NCBI GenBank assembly: GCA_001779195.1
Contig: MFJL01000041.1
Location: 16,881 to 80,880, forward strand
DNA: 64,000 bases
Source of the DNA: Candidatus Gottesmanbacteria bacterium RIFCSPHIGHO2_02_FULL_39_11
Lineage (GTDB): Bacteria > Patescibacteriota > Microgenomatia > 2-02-FULL-39-11
Direction of reading: 5' to 3'
Shown here: piece by piece, positions 37,499 through 48,071 of the stretch
Layout: each line of letters opens with the position of its first letter
How positions within the stretch are numbered: position 1 is the stretch's first letter
Translations under genes and position numbers: made by a program
The notes under the pieces: generated by a model
Told to the model about the DNA's origin: nothing
Databases searched by the model: none
Seen by the model: the letters and a program-made list of their open reading frames with translations, nothing else

Positions 37499-39108
37499 AG
37501 CAACATGCTTTTTTTCTTTCTTTTATAGTTATAGCCTGTTTTTTAATAACGCAGCCCTTTTTTAAGGAAGGGTACTTCCCAACAGATGACGGTGAGTGGG
37601 CAATTGTCCGATTGGCTGAAATGAAAAGTGAGATAAAAGATCTCCAAATTCCTCCCCGGTGGTCCGGGTTTTTAAATCACGGGTACGGGTATCCCCTTTT
37701 TAATTTTGTTTATCCTTTTCCTTATTATTTAGGACTTATTCCAAATCTTCTGGGATTTAATCTGACAGAAAGCATCAAAATTTTGTTTGTTTTAAGCATT
37801 TTTTTATCCGGAACGGGCATGTATCTTTTAGGAAAATATTTGAAAGATGAATGGACGGGAATTATTGCCTCAATTTTTTATCTGGTCATTCCCTACCGGA
37901 TTGCAAATCTATACGAGCGTGGTTCACTCGGAGAAGTATTAAGCGGGGGAATTTTTCCCTTTTTAGTTTTATTTTCTATTTTATTTATTAGGAAGGGAAG
38001 TAACATATTTTATTTGTTAAGTTCTTTATTTTTATTTTTTATTTTGCTGAGCCATAATGTTTCTGCGTTATTTTTTATACCTGTTTTAATCATCATATCC
38101 GCTCTTGAATTATTTGGGGGTAAAAAGGAAAAATATGTGATAATAAGAAGAACTTTTTTTATTTTAGTTTCAGGCTTTACCCTTTCATCTTATTTTATTA
38201 TTCCCGCCATTCTTGAAAAGAAAAATATTTTATTGTCTGTAATTCCCCTTACCCATATTTCAGAATATTTTTTATCTTTTTCTTCAATCGTAGGAGTAAC
38301 CGTTTCAAAAGAGAGACCTCTTTTTCAGATAGGTATTTTTCATGCTCTTTCCTTTTGCCTCGTATTATTAGTCGGCAAGGTTAATAAAAAACTATACTCG
38401 ATTAGCATTCTTTCAATTCTTCTTTTCTTCTATATTCTTATGATGACCCCTATTTTACGGCCTCTGTGGAATCTTCCGTTTCTATCATCCATTGATTTTC
38501 CATGGAGACTTTTAGGTCCAATTTCATTTCTTATATCATTTATTCTTATTTTTTTGGCTGAATCAAAACAGATAAAAATTGTTTTAACTGTTCTTGCAGT
38601 TTTCTCTTTATTATGGGTTTTGCCGTATGTAAAAATAAATACTTTATTTGTCAAAAATGATACGTACTATACAAGTAATGATGCAACAACTACTTCAACT
38701 GATGAACTGATGCCTGTGTGGGTTTTAGAAAAACCTACGGAAAGATACCAGAATAAAATAGAATTTCTGAAGGGTTTGGGAAACATTCATCTTAGGGATC
38801 AGAAATCAAACTACTTAAAAGCAACCATAGATACAAGTATGAATTCCCAGGTCCAGGTAAATACCATTTATTACCCCGGGTGGGAATATAAAATAAACGG
38901 AGTTATTATCAAACCTATACTTACTAATAAGAACGGAACTGTAATATTTAATCTATCCCGGGGATATAATATGCTGGAGGGAACATTTAAGGAGACACCG
39001 TTACGATTGGTTTCCGACTTAATAAGTATATTTTCTGCTATTGGTATATTATTAACAGTCATTTGGTTAAGCAGGAAAAACGTTGTGAGAAAATATTCTA
39101 AGCAGTAA
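37495..39108 (+). CDS. GT-C-like polytopic membrane protein, tandem paralog 1
   Basis: FFKEGYFPTDDGEWAIVRLAEM ... GYGYPLFNF, shared with the next gene. Confidence 0.5.
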   Translation: MKQHAFFLSFIVIACFLITQPFFKEGYFPTDDGEWAIVRLAEMKSEIKDLQIPPRWSGFLNHGYGYPLFNFVYPFPYYLGLIPNLLGFNLTESIKILFVLSIFLSGTGMYLLGKYLKDEWTGIIASIFYLVIPYRIANLYERGSLGEVLSGGIFPFLVLFSILFIRKGSNIFYLLSSLFLFFILLSHNVSALFFIPVLIIISALELFGGKKEKYVIIRRTFFILVSGFTLSSYFIIPAILEKKNILLSVIPLTHISEYFLSFSSIVGVTVSKERPLFQIGIFHALSFCLVLLVGKVNKKLYSISILSILLFFYILMMTPILRPLWNLPFLSSIDFPWRLLGPISFLISFILIFLAESKQIKIVLTVLAVFSLLWVLPYVKINTLFVKNDTYYTSNDATTTSTDELMPVWVLEKPTERYQNKIEFLKGLGNIHLRDQKSNYLKATIDTSMNSQVQVNTIYYPGWEYKINGVIIKPILTNKNGTVIFNLSRGYNMLEGTFKETPLRLVSDLISIFSAIGILLTVIWLSRKNVVRKYSKQ

Positions 39109-39111
39109 CGT

Positions 39112-40611
39112 ATGAAAATTCTTTTGTCTCTTACTATTATTCTAGTTATTTCCTTCTTTTCAATCCGTCCCTTATTAATTGAGGGGTATTTTCCCATGCA
39201 TGATGATACCCAGCCCTCCCGCGTCTATGAAATGTCACAGCAGTTAAAAGAGAGACAATTTCCGGTTCGGTGGGTTGCCGATCTGGGATACGGATACGGG
39301 TATCCTCTTTTTAATTTTTACGCACCTCTTCCTTACTACATCGGTTCACTGTTTAATCTATCCGGATTTAATTCGATAGATTCAGCAAAAATTATGATGG
39401 GGATCGGGATGCTTCTTGCGGGGACTACCATGTTTTTTCTGGCAAAAGAGCTGGGTGGATATATATTAGGAATAACCGCATCACTTTTGTATCAGTTTGC
39501 GCCGTATCATGCATTGGATTTATACGTCAGAGGTGCAGTAGGAGAGGTATATGCTTATGCGCTTTTGCCTATAGCTGTACTTGGAGCAGTTCTTATTTTC
39601 AAATCAAAATATAAGAAAGGAATGATTATATACGCGTTGGGTACTTTTCTTGTATTGACATCGCATAATATTCTCGGAATGATTTTTCTTTATTTTTCAT
39701 TTTTTGTTTTAGTTTTCTCATTCATTTTTTTTCTAGCAAAAAAAGTATCAAAAAAAATGGTAATAAGCTTATTAAAAGGACTGTTACTGGGCGTTGGTCT
39801 TTCTTCGTTTTTTATTCTTCCTGCATTTTTGGAAAAAGATCTTACAAAAGTTTCGTCTCTTACAATGAAAGGAAGTAATTTTTCCGATCACTTTGTATAC
39901 CTTAATCAGTTATGGGATTTTCCCTGGGGATACGGAGGATCAGCACCGGGACTTGACGATGGTTTATCTTTTAAAATAGGAAAGATAAATATTCTTATTT
40001 CTTTATTTGCAGTAATGATCTTTATCCATTTCGTTTTAAATAATAAAAGGAAAAAAGAAAACAAATTAAATGTAGTATTCTATATATTAGTGTTATTAAC
40101 TTTCATCTCCATATTCCTCACTGTTGATATATCGCAAACTCTTTGGGAAGTTCTTCCTAACTTTTTTTATATTCAATATCCCTGGAGATTTTTAAATTTT
40201 ATTTTGCTTTTTTTATGCATGATTACTTCTTTGGGATTATCCGAATCTACACGACTATTAAAGCTCTCAATATTAATAATTGCCGTGATCGCAATAATTA
40301 CAACTCATTTTAAATACTTTCAGCCGCAGTATATATATCCTCTGGATGAGCAAAAATATATTTCCCAAAAATCACTAAACTGGGATATTTCTAAAATTTC
40401 AGATGAATACCTACCTTCCTCCTTTATTCCTCCTAAATCATACAGTGAATTATTAAATGACCCACGTACAACAGATATTACAAATAACCCGGGACAAAAA
40501 ATTAATTCTCCCATCCGTTCCGTTTCAAATGCTATTTCACTTTTATCGTTTGTTTTGCTGACACTGATAGCCGGCTGGAGTAGAAAGAAGGATATTGTTA
40601 GTATTGACTAA
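39112..40611 (+). CDS. GT-C-like polytopic membrane protein, tandem paralog 2
   Basis: LLIEGYFPMHDDTQPSRVYEM ... GYGYPLFNF. Paralog of 37495-39108. Confidence 0.5.
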   Translation: MKILLSLTIILVISFFSIRPLLIEGYFPMHDDTQPSRVYEMSQQLKERQFPVRWVADLGYGYGYPLFNFYAPLPYYIGSLFNLSGFNSIDSAKIMMGIGMLLAGTTMFFLAKELGGYILGITASLLYQFAPYHALDLYVRGAVGEVYAYALLPIAVLGAVLIFKSKYKKGMIIYALGTFLVLTSHNILGMIFLYFSFFVLVFSFIFFLAKKVSKKMVISLLKGLLLGVGLSSFFILPAFLEKDLTKVSSLTMKGSNFSDHFVYLNQLWDFPWGYGGSAPGLDDGLSFKIGKINILISLFAVMIFIHFVLNNKRKKENKLNVVFYILVLLTFISIFLTVDISQTLWEVLPNFFYIQYPWRFLNFILLFLCMITSLGLSESTRLLKLSILIIAVIAIITTHFKYFQPQYIYPLDEQKYISQKSLNWDISKISDEYLPSSFIPPKSYSELLNDPRTTDITNNPGQKINSPIRSVSNAISLLSFVLLTLIAGWSRKKDIVSID

Positions 40612-40666
40612 ATGTGTTATTTTCTGAGCATCGGTATAAATAAGAATGCTCCGTATATAAAAAATA

Positions 40667-41410
40667 ATGAAGAAATCAGTTGAAATAGTTATTCCGGCAT
40701 ATAACGAAGAAAAACAGCTTAGAGAAAGCGTTCTAAAACTGGCAACATTTTTAAATACTGAGCTTAGAAAATTTATTTGGAAAATTACTATTGCAGATAA
40801 TGCTTCAACAGATGGGACACTGGGTGTTGCCAAAGAGTTGACAAAGGAAAATAAAAATATACACGTTCTTCATTTGGATTTAAAAGGAAGAGGTCGGGCT
40901 GTAAAAAAAGCATGGAAAGAGAGCAGTGCCGACTATGTCGGGTATACTGATGTTGACCTTTCAACGGATTTAAAAAGTCTTCTTAATTTATTAGACGGAC
41001 TTGAAAAAGGGTATGATATTTCAATCGGATCCCGATTATTGCCTGGTGCAAAAGTAGTCGGGAGAACTCTAAGACGCGAAATTATGTCGAGGGTTTATAA
41101 TATCATAATTAAGATTTTTTTCCAGACTCATTTCTCAGATGCGCAATGCGGGTTTAAGTTTGTAAATAAAAGAGTAATGAAAGAACTGTTGCCGTATATC
41201 CGGGATGATGCATGGTTTTTTGACAGCGAGATGCTCATTGTCGGAGAGAAACTGGGATTTAAAATTTATGAAAAAGCAGTGCACTGGGTGGATGATCCGG
41301 GTTCAACGGTGAGAGTCATGGGGACAGTAAAAGGAGATCTTTTAGGATTGTGGCGGCTTTTTAAAGATAGACCGTGGAATCAAATTAGAAAAATTGCACC
41401 AGAGGTCTGA
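40667..41410 (+). CDS. GT2 polyprenyl-phosphate glycosyltransferase (DPM1/GtrB-like)
   Basis: VIPAYNEEKQL, ADNASTDGT, YTDVDLSTD. Confidence 0.8.
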   Translation: MKKSVEIVIPAYNEEKQLRESVLKLATFLNTELRKFIWKITIADNASTDGTLGVAKELTKENKNIHVLHLDLKGRGRAVKKAWKESSADYVGYTDVDLSTDLKSLLNLLDGLEKGYDISIGSRLLPGAKVVGRTLRREIMSRVYNIIIKIFFQTHFSDAQCGFKFVNKRVMKELLPYIRDDAWFFDSEMLIVGEKLGFKIYEKAVHWVDDPGSTVRVMGTVKGDLLGLWRLFKDRPWNQIRKIAPEV

Positions 41411-41416
41411 TTTTTT

Positions 41417-42448
41417 ATGAATAAAAAAATTTTAATCATAGGAGGTGCAGGATTTATAGGATCTAATGCCTCTCACTATTTTTCCAAAAAAGGGTATGAA
41501 GTTACGGTTTTTGATAATTTATATCGGATAGGAACAGATAAAAATTTAAACTGGCTTAAAGAAACTCATCCCCAAATAAAATTTATTAAAGGGGACATCC
41601 GTAAATATGCTGATCTTAAAGATGCTGTCAAAGGGTTTGATGTGGTTATCCATCTGGCTGCTCAAGTTGCGGTAACTACTTCCGTTGTTGATCCCCGAAC
41701 TGATTTTGAAATAAATGCGTTGGGAGCTTTTAATGTTTTAGAAGCCGTTCGGGAAAACGGAGAAAAGCCTTTTGTCATTTTCTCATCGACAAATAAAGTA
41801 TACGGCGGAATGGAAGAAATAAAAATTGTGGAAAAAAACGGACAGTACGCGTATAAGGATTTTCCAGGGGGAATTTCAGAAAAAAGTACTATAGATTTTC
41901 ACTCTCCTTACGGATGTTCAAAAGGATGTGCGGATCAGTACGTTAGAGATTACTTCAGAATCTATGATATTCCGACGGTTGTTTTTCGTCAGTCATGTAT
42001 ATACGGTCCTCGTCAGTTTGGGATAGAAGATCAGGGATGGTTAGCATGGTTTATTATCGCAACCACTCTCTCGAAATTCATTTCCGTTTACGGGGATGGA
42101 AAACAGGTTCGGGATGTTTTATATGTTGATGATTTGGTGCGAGCATATGATTTGGCAATTGAAAATATGAGAAATGTGAAAGGAAAAATATATAATATAG
42201 GAGGAGGACCCGGCAATACCCTTTCTGTCTGGAAGCAGTTCGGAGGAATTCTTGAAAAATTATTTGGAAAAAAACTAAATCCAAAATGGGGACCCTCCCG
42301 GCCGGGAGATCAAAAAGTATATATAAGCGATATCTCAAAAATAAAAAAAGAATTAAATTGGACTCCACAAGTGAAAGTGGAAGAAGGGATAGAAAAACTT
42401 TTCAACTGGGTGCAGGAAAATAAAGAATTGTTTAAAGACTTTATATAA
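41417..42448 (+). CDS. NAD-dependent epimerase/dehydratase (CDP-paratose 2-epimerase-like)
   Basis: ILIIGGAGFIGSN, SSTNKVYGG, YGCSKGCADQYVRDY. Confidence 0.65.
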   Translation: MNKKILIIGGAGFIGSNASHYFSKKGYEVTVFDNLYRIGTDKNLNWLKETHPQIKFIKGDIRKYADLKDAVKGFDVVIHLAAQVAVTTSVVDPRTDFEINALGAFNVLEAVRENGEKPFVIFSSTNKVYGGMEEIKIVEKNGQYAYKDFPGGISEKSTIDFHSPYGCSKGCADQYVRDYFRIYDIPTVVFRQSCIYGPRQFGIEDQGWLAWFIIATTLSKFISVYGDGKQVRDVLYVDDLVRAYDLAIENMRNVKGKIYNIGGGPGNTLSVWKQFGGILEKLFGKKLNPKWGPSRPGDQKVYISDISKIKKELNWTPQVKVEEGIEKLFNWVQENKELFKDFI

Positions 42449-42453
42449 TTCAT

Positions 42454-42513
42454 TTGTCATCCCGGGCTTGACCCGGGATCCATGATAGATTCCCGCCTTC
42501 GCGGGAATGACAA
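42454..42513. repeat. palindromic intergenic element TTTGTCATCCC-[CCCGGG hairpin]-[TTCCCGC hairpin]-GGGAATGACAAA (same family as 14789 and 56733)
   Basis: Outer inverted arms TTTGTCATCCC / GGGAATGACAAA. Two internal GC-rich hairpins. Fills the gap between two epimerase genes. Confidence 0.6.
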
Positions 42514-42525
42514 AAAAACAACAGT

Positions 42526-43647
42526 ATGAAGTATAAAAAAATATTAGTTACCGGAGGCGCAGGATTTATCGGCTCTCATCTAGTTGACGGGCTTATTAAA
42601 AAAGGATATAGAGTTCGTGTCATGGATAATCTGTTTAAGCAAATTCATCCGAGTGGAAAACTTCCCGATTATTTCAACAAAAAAGCGGAATTTTTTAAAG
42701 GGGATGTCACGAAACGTGAAGGCTGGAAAACGGCATTGAAAGAGATTGATGTGGTGTATCATCTGGCATCGGCTGTAGGGGTGGGGCAGAGCATGTATGA
42801 AGTTGAGCATTACGTAAAAGTAAATAGTCTGGGTACTGCATTGTTTTTGGATATTTTAGCAAATGAAAACCATTCTGTACAAAAAATAATTGTAGCCGCT
42901 TCTATGAGTTCTTACGGGGAAGGGACATACCATTTCGAAGGAAAAGGATTATTCCAGCCGCCTCTTCGAAATGAAAAAGATTTAAAAAAAGGAGACTATA
43001 ATGTTTATTATCCGGGCACACGCATTATGGGAGAGCCCCGGGCAACATCTGAGGACGTCAAGCAAAATTCAAACTCCATCTATGCAATCGGGAAGAAAAA
43101 TCAGGAAGAAATGATTCTTGTCTTCGGAAAAGCATATGGCATTCCTTCTGTTGCCATGAGATATTTTAATGTATACGGACCCCGCCAGAGTCTCTCAAAT
43201 CCGTATAACGGTGTCGTTGCCATATTTCAAAGCAGGGTAAAAAATAACAAGCTGCCCATAATTAATGAAGACGGGACGCAGACGCGGGATTTTATTCATG
43301 TAACAGACGTCACAGCGGCAAATATCAAAGCGATGGAAGAAGATAGTGCAAATTACGAAGTTTTTAATGTGGGATCGGGAAATCCGATTTCAATTTCCGA
43401 AGTTGCCCGGATTTTAATACAGTTAAACGGTAAGAAATTTAAATCCGATATTACGGGTAAAATAAGAAAGCTGGATGTCAAACACTGTTTTGCGGATATA
43501 ACAAAAATCAAAAAACTTTTAGGATGGAATCCTACAATCCGTTTTGAAGAAGGACTTAAAGAAGTATTAAAATGGAGTGAGGGCGAGAAGGCCGAAGATA
43601 AATTAGATTTTGCACTTTCGCAGCTTGAAAAACGCGGACTTAGATGA
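42526..43647 (+). CDS. NAD-dependent epimerase/dehydratase family protein (UDP-sugar 4-epimerase-like with an insertion)
   Basis: ILVTGGAGFIGSHLVDGL. YAIGKKNQEEM (YxxxK). Confidence 0.6.
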   Translation: MKYKKILVTGGAGFIGSHLVDGLIKKGYRVRVMDNLFKQIHPSGKLPDYFNKKAEFFKGDVTKREGWKTALKEIDVVYHLASAVGVGQSMYEVEHYVKVNSLGTALFLDILANENHSVQKIIVAASMSSYGEGTYHFEGKGLFQPPLRNEKDLKKGDYNVYYPGTRIMGEPRATSEDVKQNSNSIYAIGKKNQEEMILVFGKAYGIPSVAMRYFNVYGPRQSLSNPYNGVVAIFQSRVKNNKLPIINEDGTQTRDFIHVTDVTAANIKAMEEDSANYEVFNVGSGNPISISEVARILIQLNGKKFKSDITGKIRKLDVKHCFADITKIKKLLGWNPTIRFEEGLKEVLKWSEGEKAEDKLDFALSQLEKRGLR

Positions 43648-44387
43648 AAATCTCCTTTATTATACCTTTCCATAACGAAGAAAAGAACTGTATCCTCATG
43701 CTTAAACGGGTCTCTGAATATGCGGATAAAACCGGATTAAATTATGAAATTGTCCCCATAGATGATAGAAGCGCGGATAAAACTACTGAACTTATTAAAT
43801 CATTTTCCGAAAAAAATAACTGTGTATTTCCCCTATTTAGAAAAATAGATTCAGAGGAAAAAGGAAATACCATGGGAAAATCTCTTATTGAAGCAACCAA
43901 AAAATCAAAAGGAGACATTATTATTTGGACCATGGGAGATATGGCTGATGATACCAAAACATACAGAGAGATTATAGAGAAAATTGAAAAAGGGTATGAT
44001 ATGGTATTCGGATCCCGGTATATGCCGGGAGGGTCGCGGGGAAATTTAGATCCATTTAAGGCCTTTTTCAGTTCATGGGGAACTATGCTTGCGCGGGTTT
44101 TATTTTCAGTTCCGGTTCATGATATTACAAATGCTTTTCGGGGATTTAGACGAAGTGTATTTGATTCGATAACGCTTACCTCTTCCGGGTTTGCCATCTC
44201 TCCTGAATTTGCAATAAAAGCTCATCTCTCAGGATTTAAGTTAGGCGAAATTCCGACGGTTTATACCAATCGGGTGGAAGGAGTCTCAAGCTTTAAGCTT
44301 TTTAAAATGATTAGAAGCTACTTATCTTTATTTTTAAATTTATTTTATCAATACAAAATCAGAAGAATTAAATACGCGTTATCATGA
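43644..44387 (+). CDS. GT2 polyprenyl-phosphate glycosyltransferase-like
   Basis: FIIPFHNEEKN, IDDRSADKT, GSRYMPGG. Confidence 0.7.
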   Translation: MKISFIIPFHNEEKNCILMLKRVSEYADKTGLNYEIVPIDDRSADKTTELIKSFSEKNNCVFPLFRKIDSEEKGNTMGKSLIEATKKSKGDIIIWTMGDMADDTKTYREIIEKIEKGYDMVFGSRYMPGGSRGNLDPFKAFFSSWGTMLARVLFSVPVHDITNAFRGFRRSVFDSITLTSSGFAISPEFAIKAHLSGFKLGEIPTVYTNRVEGVSSFKLFKMIRSYLSLFLNLFYQYKIRRIKYALS

Positions 44388-44479
44388 GATTTTAAAGAAA
44401 CTTAATAATATCATTTATATATGGAAAAAAAAAGGAGCTTGAGCAAAGAATCAGACAGATAGAGGAGAGAAATAAAGGT

Positions 44480-44695
44480 GTGGAATTAAATAAAGCCTGG
44501 GAAACAAGTTATACACGGAGAGTTTTAGTTGCGCTTTTTACATACTTGGTAATTGTTTTGTATCTAAAGTTTATCGTTGGTATTGATCCATGGATTAATG
44601 CTATTGTTCCGACTGTCGGTTTTCTGCTTTCAACACTTACCCTACGTTTTTTTAAAGAAATGTGGAAACAATTCCTATATAAAAAAAATAAATAA
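44480..44695 (+). CDS. small hypothetical membrane protein (GTG start)
   Basis: Two TM helices. SD GAGGAGAG upstream. Confidence 0.35.
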   Translation: MELNKAWETSYTRRVLVALFTYLVIVLYLKFIVGIDPWINAIVPTVGFLLSTLTLRFFKEMWKQFLYKKNK

Positions 44696-44705
44696 GTTTA
44701 TATTT

Positions 44706-45911
44706 TTATTTTTTAATCCACTCTTTTTTCAATTTTAAAAAGTTATTTTCTTCAATTGAATTTCTGATTTCTTCCATCACACTCCCAAAAAATGAAAGAT
44801 TGTGAATTGTTGCCAGACGGTATCCCAATAGTTCACGGGACTTAAATAAGTGATGAATATATGAGCGGGTAAAATTACTGCATGTATAGCATCTGCAGCC
44901 CCGGCTTAAAATATTATTATCCAGTTTAAATTCTGACTTAGTTATGTCATATCGATACTTTTTTGAAAGTCCCATTTCTTTTGAAAAAATATACCCAAGC
45001 CGTCCCATACGGGTGGGGATTACGCAGTCCAATGTGTCAATTCCGCGCTGTATGCTTTCAAATATATCTTCGATTTCTCCGATGCCCAAAAAATGAACGG
45101 GTCTTTCAGAGTAATTCAGTATCGGAAGTGTCCAGTCCAGAACTTTAAATACAAATTCGCGGGGCTCTTTTGCATTTGCAACGCTTCCAATTGCGAATCC
45201 TTCAACATCTTTTGATTTGATAAAACGGGCAGACTCCATCCTTAAATCTTCAAATATTGAACCCTGAACAACTCCGTATAAAGCCTGAGAGAGATTTATT
45301 TTATTTTTATTATTTTTGTGCTGCTCTATGCATACCTCAAGCCAGGCATGCGTTCTTTTTAAAGCCTCTTTGGCATAATTGTGTTTTATCGGATAAAACG
45401 TACATTCGTCAAATGACATCATGATGTCAGACCCTAATTCCTGTTGAGCTTCAATTGATTCTTTGGGACCTAAAAATATTTTTTTTCCGTCCCAGGCCGA
45501 GGTAAATTCAATTCCATCTTCCAAAATTTTTACCAGAGTCTTCTCATTGAATTGGGTTTTCTCATTACCCGCTTTGGTTTGCTTTCTCGGTCCATTTTCT
45601 CCGAGTGAAAATGCCTGAAATCCTCCCGAGTCTGTCATCACAGATCCTTCCCAGTTCATAAATTTATGCACGCCTCCTGCATTTTTCACCACATCAATAC
45701 CCGGACGAAACATCATGTGATACGTATTTACAAAAAAGACATCAATTGAGCATGCCTTAATTTCCTCAGGGGTTAGAGACTTGATAGTTGCCGCAGTTCC
45801 GCAGGAAACAAATCCCGGGGTTCTTATTTTCCCATGTGATGTAGTTATGATTCCAGTTCGTGCGTTTGAGTTTTTGTCGCGGTGGTGAATTTTGAAATTG
45901 AATTTGTCCAT
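44706..45911 (-). CDS. tgt: queuine tRNA-ribosyltransferase (tRNA-guanine transglycosylase)
   Basis: Catalytic MTDSGGFQ. Zinc site CRCYTCSNFTRSYIHHL. TIM-barrel length. Confidence 0.9.
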   Translation of the reverse strand: MDKFNFKIHHRDKNSNARTGIITTSHGKIRTPGFVSCGTAATIKSLTPEEIKACSIDVFFVNTYHMMFRPGIDVVKNAGGVHKFMNWEGSVMTDSGGFQAFSLGENGPRKQTKAGNEKTQFNEKTLVKILEDGIEFTSAWDGKKIFLGPKESIEAQQELGSDIMMSFDECTFYPIKHNYAKEALKRTHAWLEVCIEQHKNNKNKINLSQALYGVVQGSIFEDLRMESARFIKSKDVEGFAIGSVANAKEPREFVFKVLDWTLPILNYSERPVHFLGIGEIEDIFESIQRGIDTLDCVIPTRMGRLGYIFSKEMGLSKKYRYDITKSEFKLDNNILSRGCRCYTCSNFTRSYIHHLFKSRELLGYRLATIHNLSFFGSVMEEIRNSIEENNFLKLKKEWIKK

Positions 45912-45946
45912 AACTGCTATGGATTCCCGCTTTGCGGGAATGACAA
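45903..45946. repeat. degenerate copy of the TTTGTC...TTCCCGC-hairpin-GGGAATGACAA element
   Basis: TTTGTCCATAACTGCTATGGATTCCCGCTTTGCGGGAATGACAA. Sits between the divergent tgt and ogt starts. Confidence 0.5.
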
Positions 45947-45951
45947 CACGT

Positions 45952-46293
45952 ATGTTGGAATTTTACATGATCGGGCTTATAATTACTAATATGGGAACTT
46001 TTCAAAAAATCAATGATATAGTTGCCAAAATTCCTCAGGGAAAAGTAGCAACATACGGGCAAATCGCAAAGCTTGCAGGAGTTTCAAGTCCGAAAATTGT
46101 CGGATTTGCACTTCACGTAAACAAAGATCCGATCGCTGTCCCCTGTCACAGAGTAGTAAACCGGTTTGGGCACTTAGCATCAGGATACGCAATGGGAGGA
46201 AAGGACAAACAGAAGAAACGTTTGGAAGATGAAGGCGTTAAAATAGATTCGGATAATAAAGTTGATTTAGATAAATACCTCTGGGTACCATGA
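45952..46293 (+). CDS. ogt: methylated-DNA-protein-cysteine methyltransferase, C-terminal-domain-only form. Start uncertain (45952, 45967 or 45991).
   Basis: GTFQKINDIVAKIPQGKVATYGQIA ... PCHRVV (the PCHR active site). Confidence 0.75.
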   Translation: MLEFYMIGLIITNMGTFQKINDIVAKIPQGKVATYGQIAKLAGVSSPKIVGFALHVNKDPIAVPCHRVVNRFGHLASGYAMGGKDKQKKRLEDEGVKIDSDNKVDLDKYLWVP

Positions 46294-46460
46294 AAACCTT
46301 CACCATAAAAGGGAAAGAATTTATCCCGGCAAGCCATGAAGATGCAACTCTTGTTTGTCCCGACTCACATTTGCAGATGGTTAATTGGGCAAAAATTCCT
46401 GCCGGGAAACATTTCAATCTCATTGTCATGAAGATATGGATGAGATTTTATAATAATTGA
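46290..46460 (+). CDS. small ORF (56 aa) translationally coupled to ogt by an ATGA overlap. Hypothetical.
   Basis: Translation MKTFTIKGKEFIPASHEDATLVCPDSHLQMVNWAKIPAGKHFNLIVMKIWMRFYNN. The ATG overlaps the ogt TGA stop. Below the ORF-track cutoff. Confidence 0.3.
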   Translation: MKTFTIKGKEFIPASHEDATLVCPDSHLQMVNWAKIPAGKHFNLIVMKIWMRFYNN

Positions 46461-46593
46461 AGGGGAATGCGAGATAGATATTGGGCGCGAGAAGAAGGTA
46501 ATGGGAAAAGGAGACGGGGTAGTCGTACCGTTAAAATCAATTGTTTTTATTTAGCAATGGGGTTTAGTCTTGGTAAAGGCGGAAAGACGGTAA

Positions 46594-48012
46594 ATGTTAA
46601 ATAAATCATTGCTCAGGGCAAACAAGTCCGGGATGATAGAGAGTAATATGAATAAGAAAATTATTCTCATTCTTTTTTTAATCAATTCTCTACTTGTACT
46701 CTTTCTGTATCGCAACTCTTTTTCTTCCTATTTTTTTCAGGACGACTGGTTTACACTAAAAATCAGTTCGGCAAAAAATATCGGTGACTTCTTAAATTTT
46801 TTTATCCCAAGAACTGATGTTATCTATTACCGTCCTTTAGGAATGCAGGTTTATTTTTTCATTCTTCAATTGTTATTCGGCCTGAAATCATTCCCTTTTC
46901 ATGCCACTGCTTTTATTACCCATATTGCTAATTCCGGTTTAATTTTTCTGATTTCTTTATTTCTTACTAAGAATAAAATTCAATCTGTTCTAATTTCTAT
47001 CCTGTATGCGTCATCCGCTGTTCACTTTACTCCTTTTTACTGGGCTTCTACATATCCGTTTATTTTAGGACCGGGACTTACTTTTCTGTCTTTCTATTCT
47101 TTCTTAATCTATGACAAAGCTGGTCATAACAAGTGGCTTCTACTCTCAGGTATGGCTTATGTATCGGCAATTTTTACAAATGAGATGGCAATTGTTTTTC
47201 CAGTGTTAGCGTTTTTATATGCGTTGTTATTTTCACCAAAAAGAATAAAAAGTACATTTATTTTTTTTATTATTTCACTTTTATTTTTAGGAAGACTTAT
47301 TTTTTTCCGTCCTCCAACGGTGGGGACGTATGCATTTGCTGTAAACAGAACCAGTTTTTACAACCTCCTGGGATTTGGCATGTGGACTTTCAATTGGCCG
47401 GAGGATATGAAAGCTCAGATGGTAAGTCTCGGGAAGTTTAACCCTGTTTTTATTTCCGAGTTTTATTCTTATTACACGCGGTTTATGACAAGTTTTGGAA
47501 TACTCTTTATCTCTCTTTTTATCATTCCTTTTATTTATACGATTATTAAAAAAACAAAAAATAATACTATGGTTAAAATTATTATTTTTGGTTCTCTGTG
47601 GTACTTCGCCGGACTTTTTCCCGTATTGTTTTTTCCGAATCATACATTCAGCTACTATTTACCCATTTCTCTATTCGGATTTCTGATTTTATCAACTTCA
47701 TTTCTATTTAAAGCAATTAAATCATCACAATTAAAAATTGCATTATCATCAGTTGTACTGGGGGCCTGGCTTATCTCATCTGAGGCATCAACCGATTTTA
47801 ATCAAAAAATTCACTGGGCGCCAAGAAGGGCTAAACGATCACAGGAACTTACACTAACAATTGCTGAGAAAAAAAGACAGCAGCCTGACAGAGAATATTT
47901 TTATATTTTTCCGGCTTCTGAGAATAAATTAGCCTTAAACGACCAGGATGGCTTACAGGTATATTTTAAGGATAAAAACATGAAAACGATATATGCATAC
48001 GGGGAAAATTGA
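46594..48012 (+). CDS. polytopic membrane protein, GT-C-like putative glycosyltransferase. Alternative start 46648.
   Basis: More than 10 TM helices. Acidic loop motif YFFQDDWFTLK. Hydrophilic C-terminal domain. Confidence 0.45.
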   Translation: MLNKSLLRANKSGMIESNMNKKIILILFLINSLLVLFLYRNSFSSYFFQDDWFTLKISSAKNIGDFLNFFIPRTDVIYYRPLGMQVYFFILQLLFGLKSFPFHATAFITHIANSGLIFLISLFLTKNKIQSVLISILYASSAVHFTPFYWASTYPFILGPGLTFLSFYSFLIYDKAGHNKWLLLSGMAYVSAIFTNEMAIVFPVLAFLYALLFSPKRIKSTFIFFIISLLFLGRLIFFRPPTVGTYAFAVNRTSFYNLLGFGMWTFNWPEDMKAQMVSLGKFNPVFISEFYSYYTRFMTSFGILFISLFIIPFIYTIIKKTKNNTMVKIIIFGSLWYFAGLFPVLFFPNHTFSYYLPISLFGFLILSTSFLFKAIKSSQLKIALSSVVLGAWLISSEASTDFNQKIHWAPRRAKRSQELTLTIAEKKRQQPDREYFYIFPASENKLALNDQDGLQVYFKDKNMKTIYAYGEN

Positions 48013-48071
48013 CGTAATGGCTATATTCTGGTATTCATCCGTTAACCTGCAATAAATAGTATAATTAGGAG

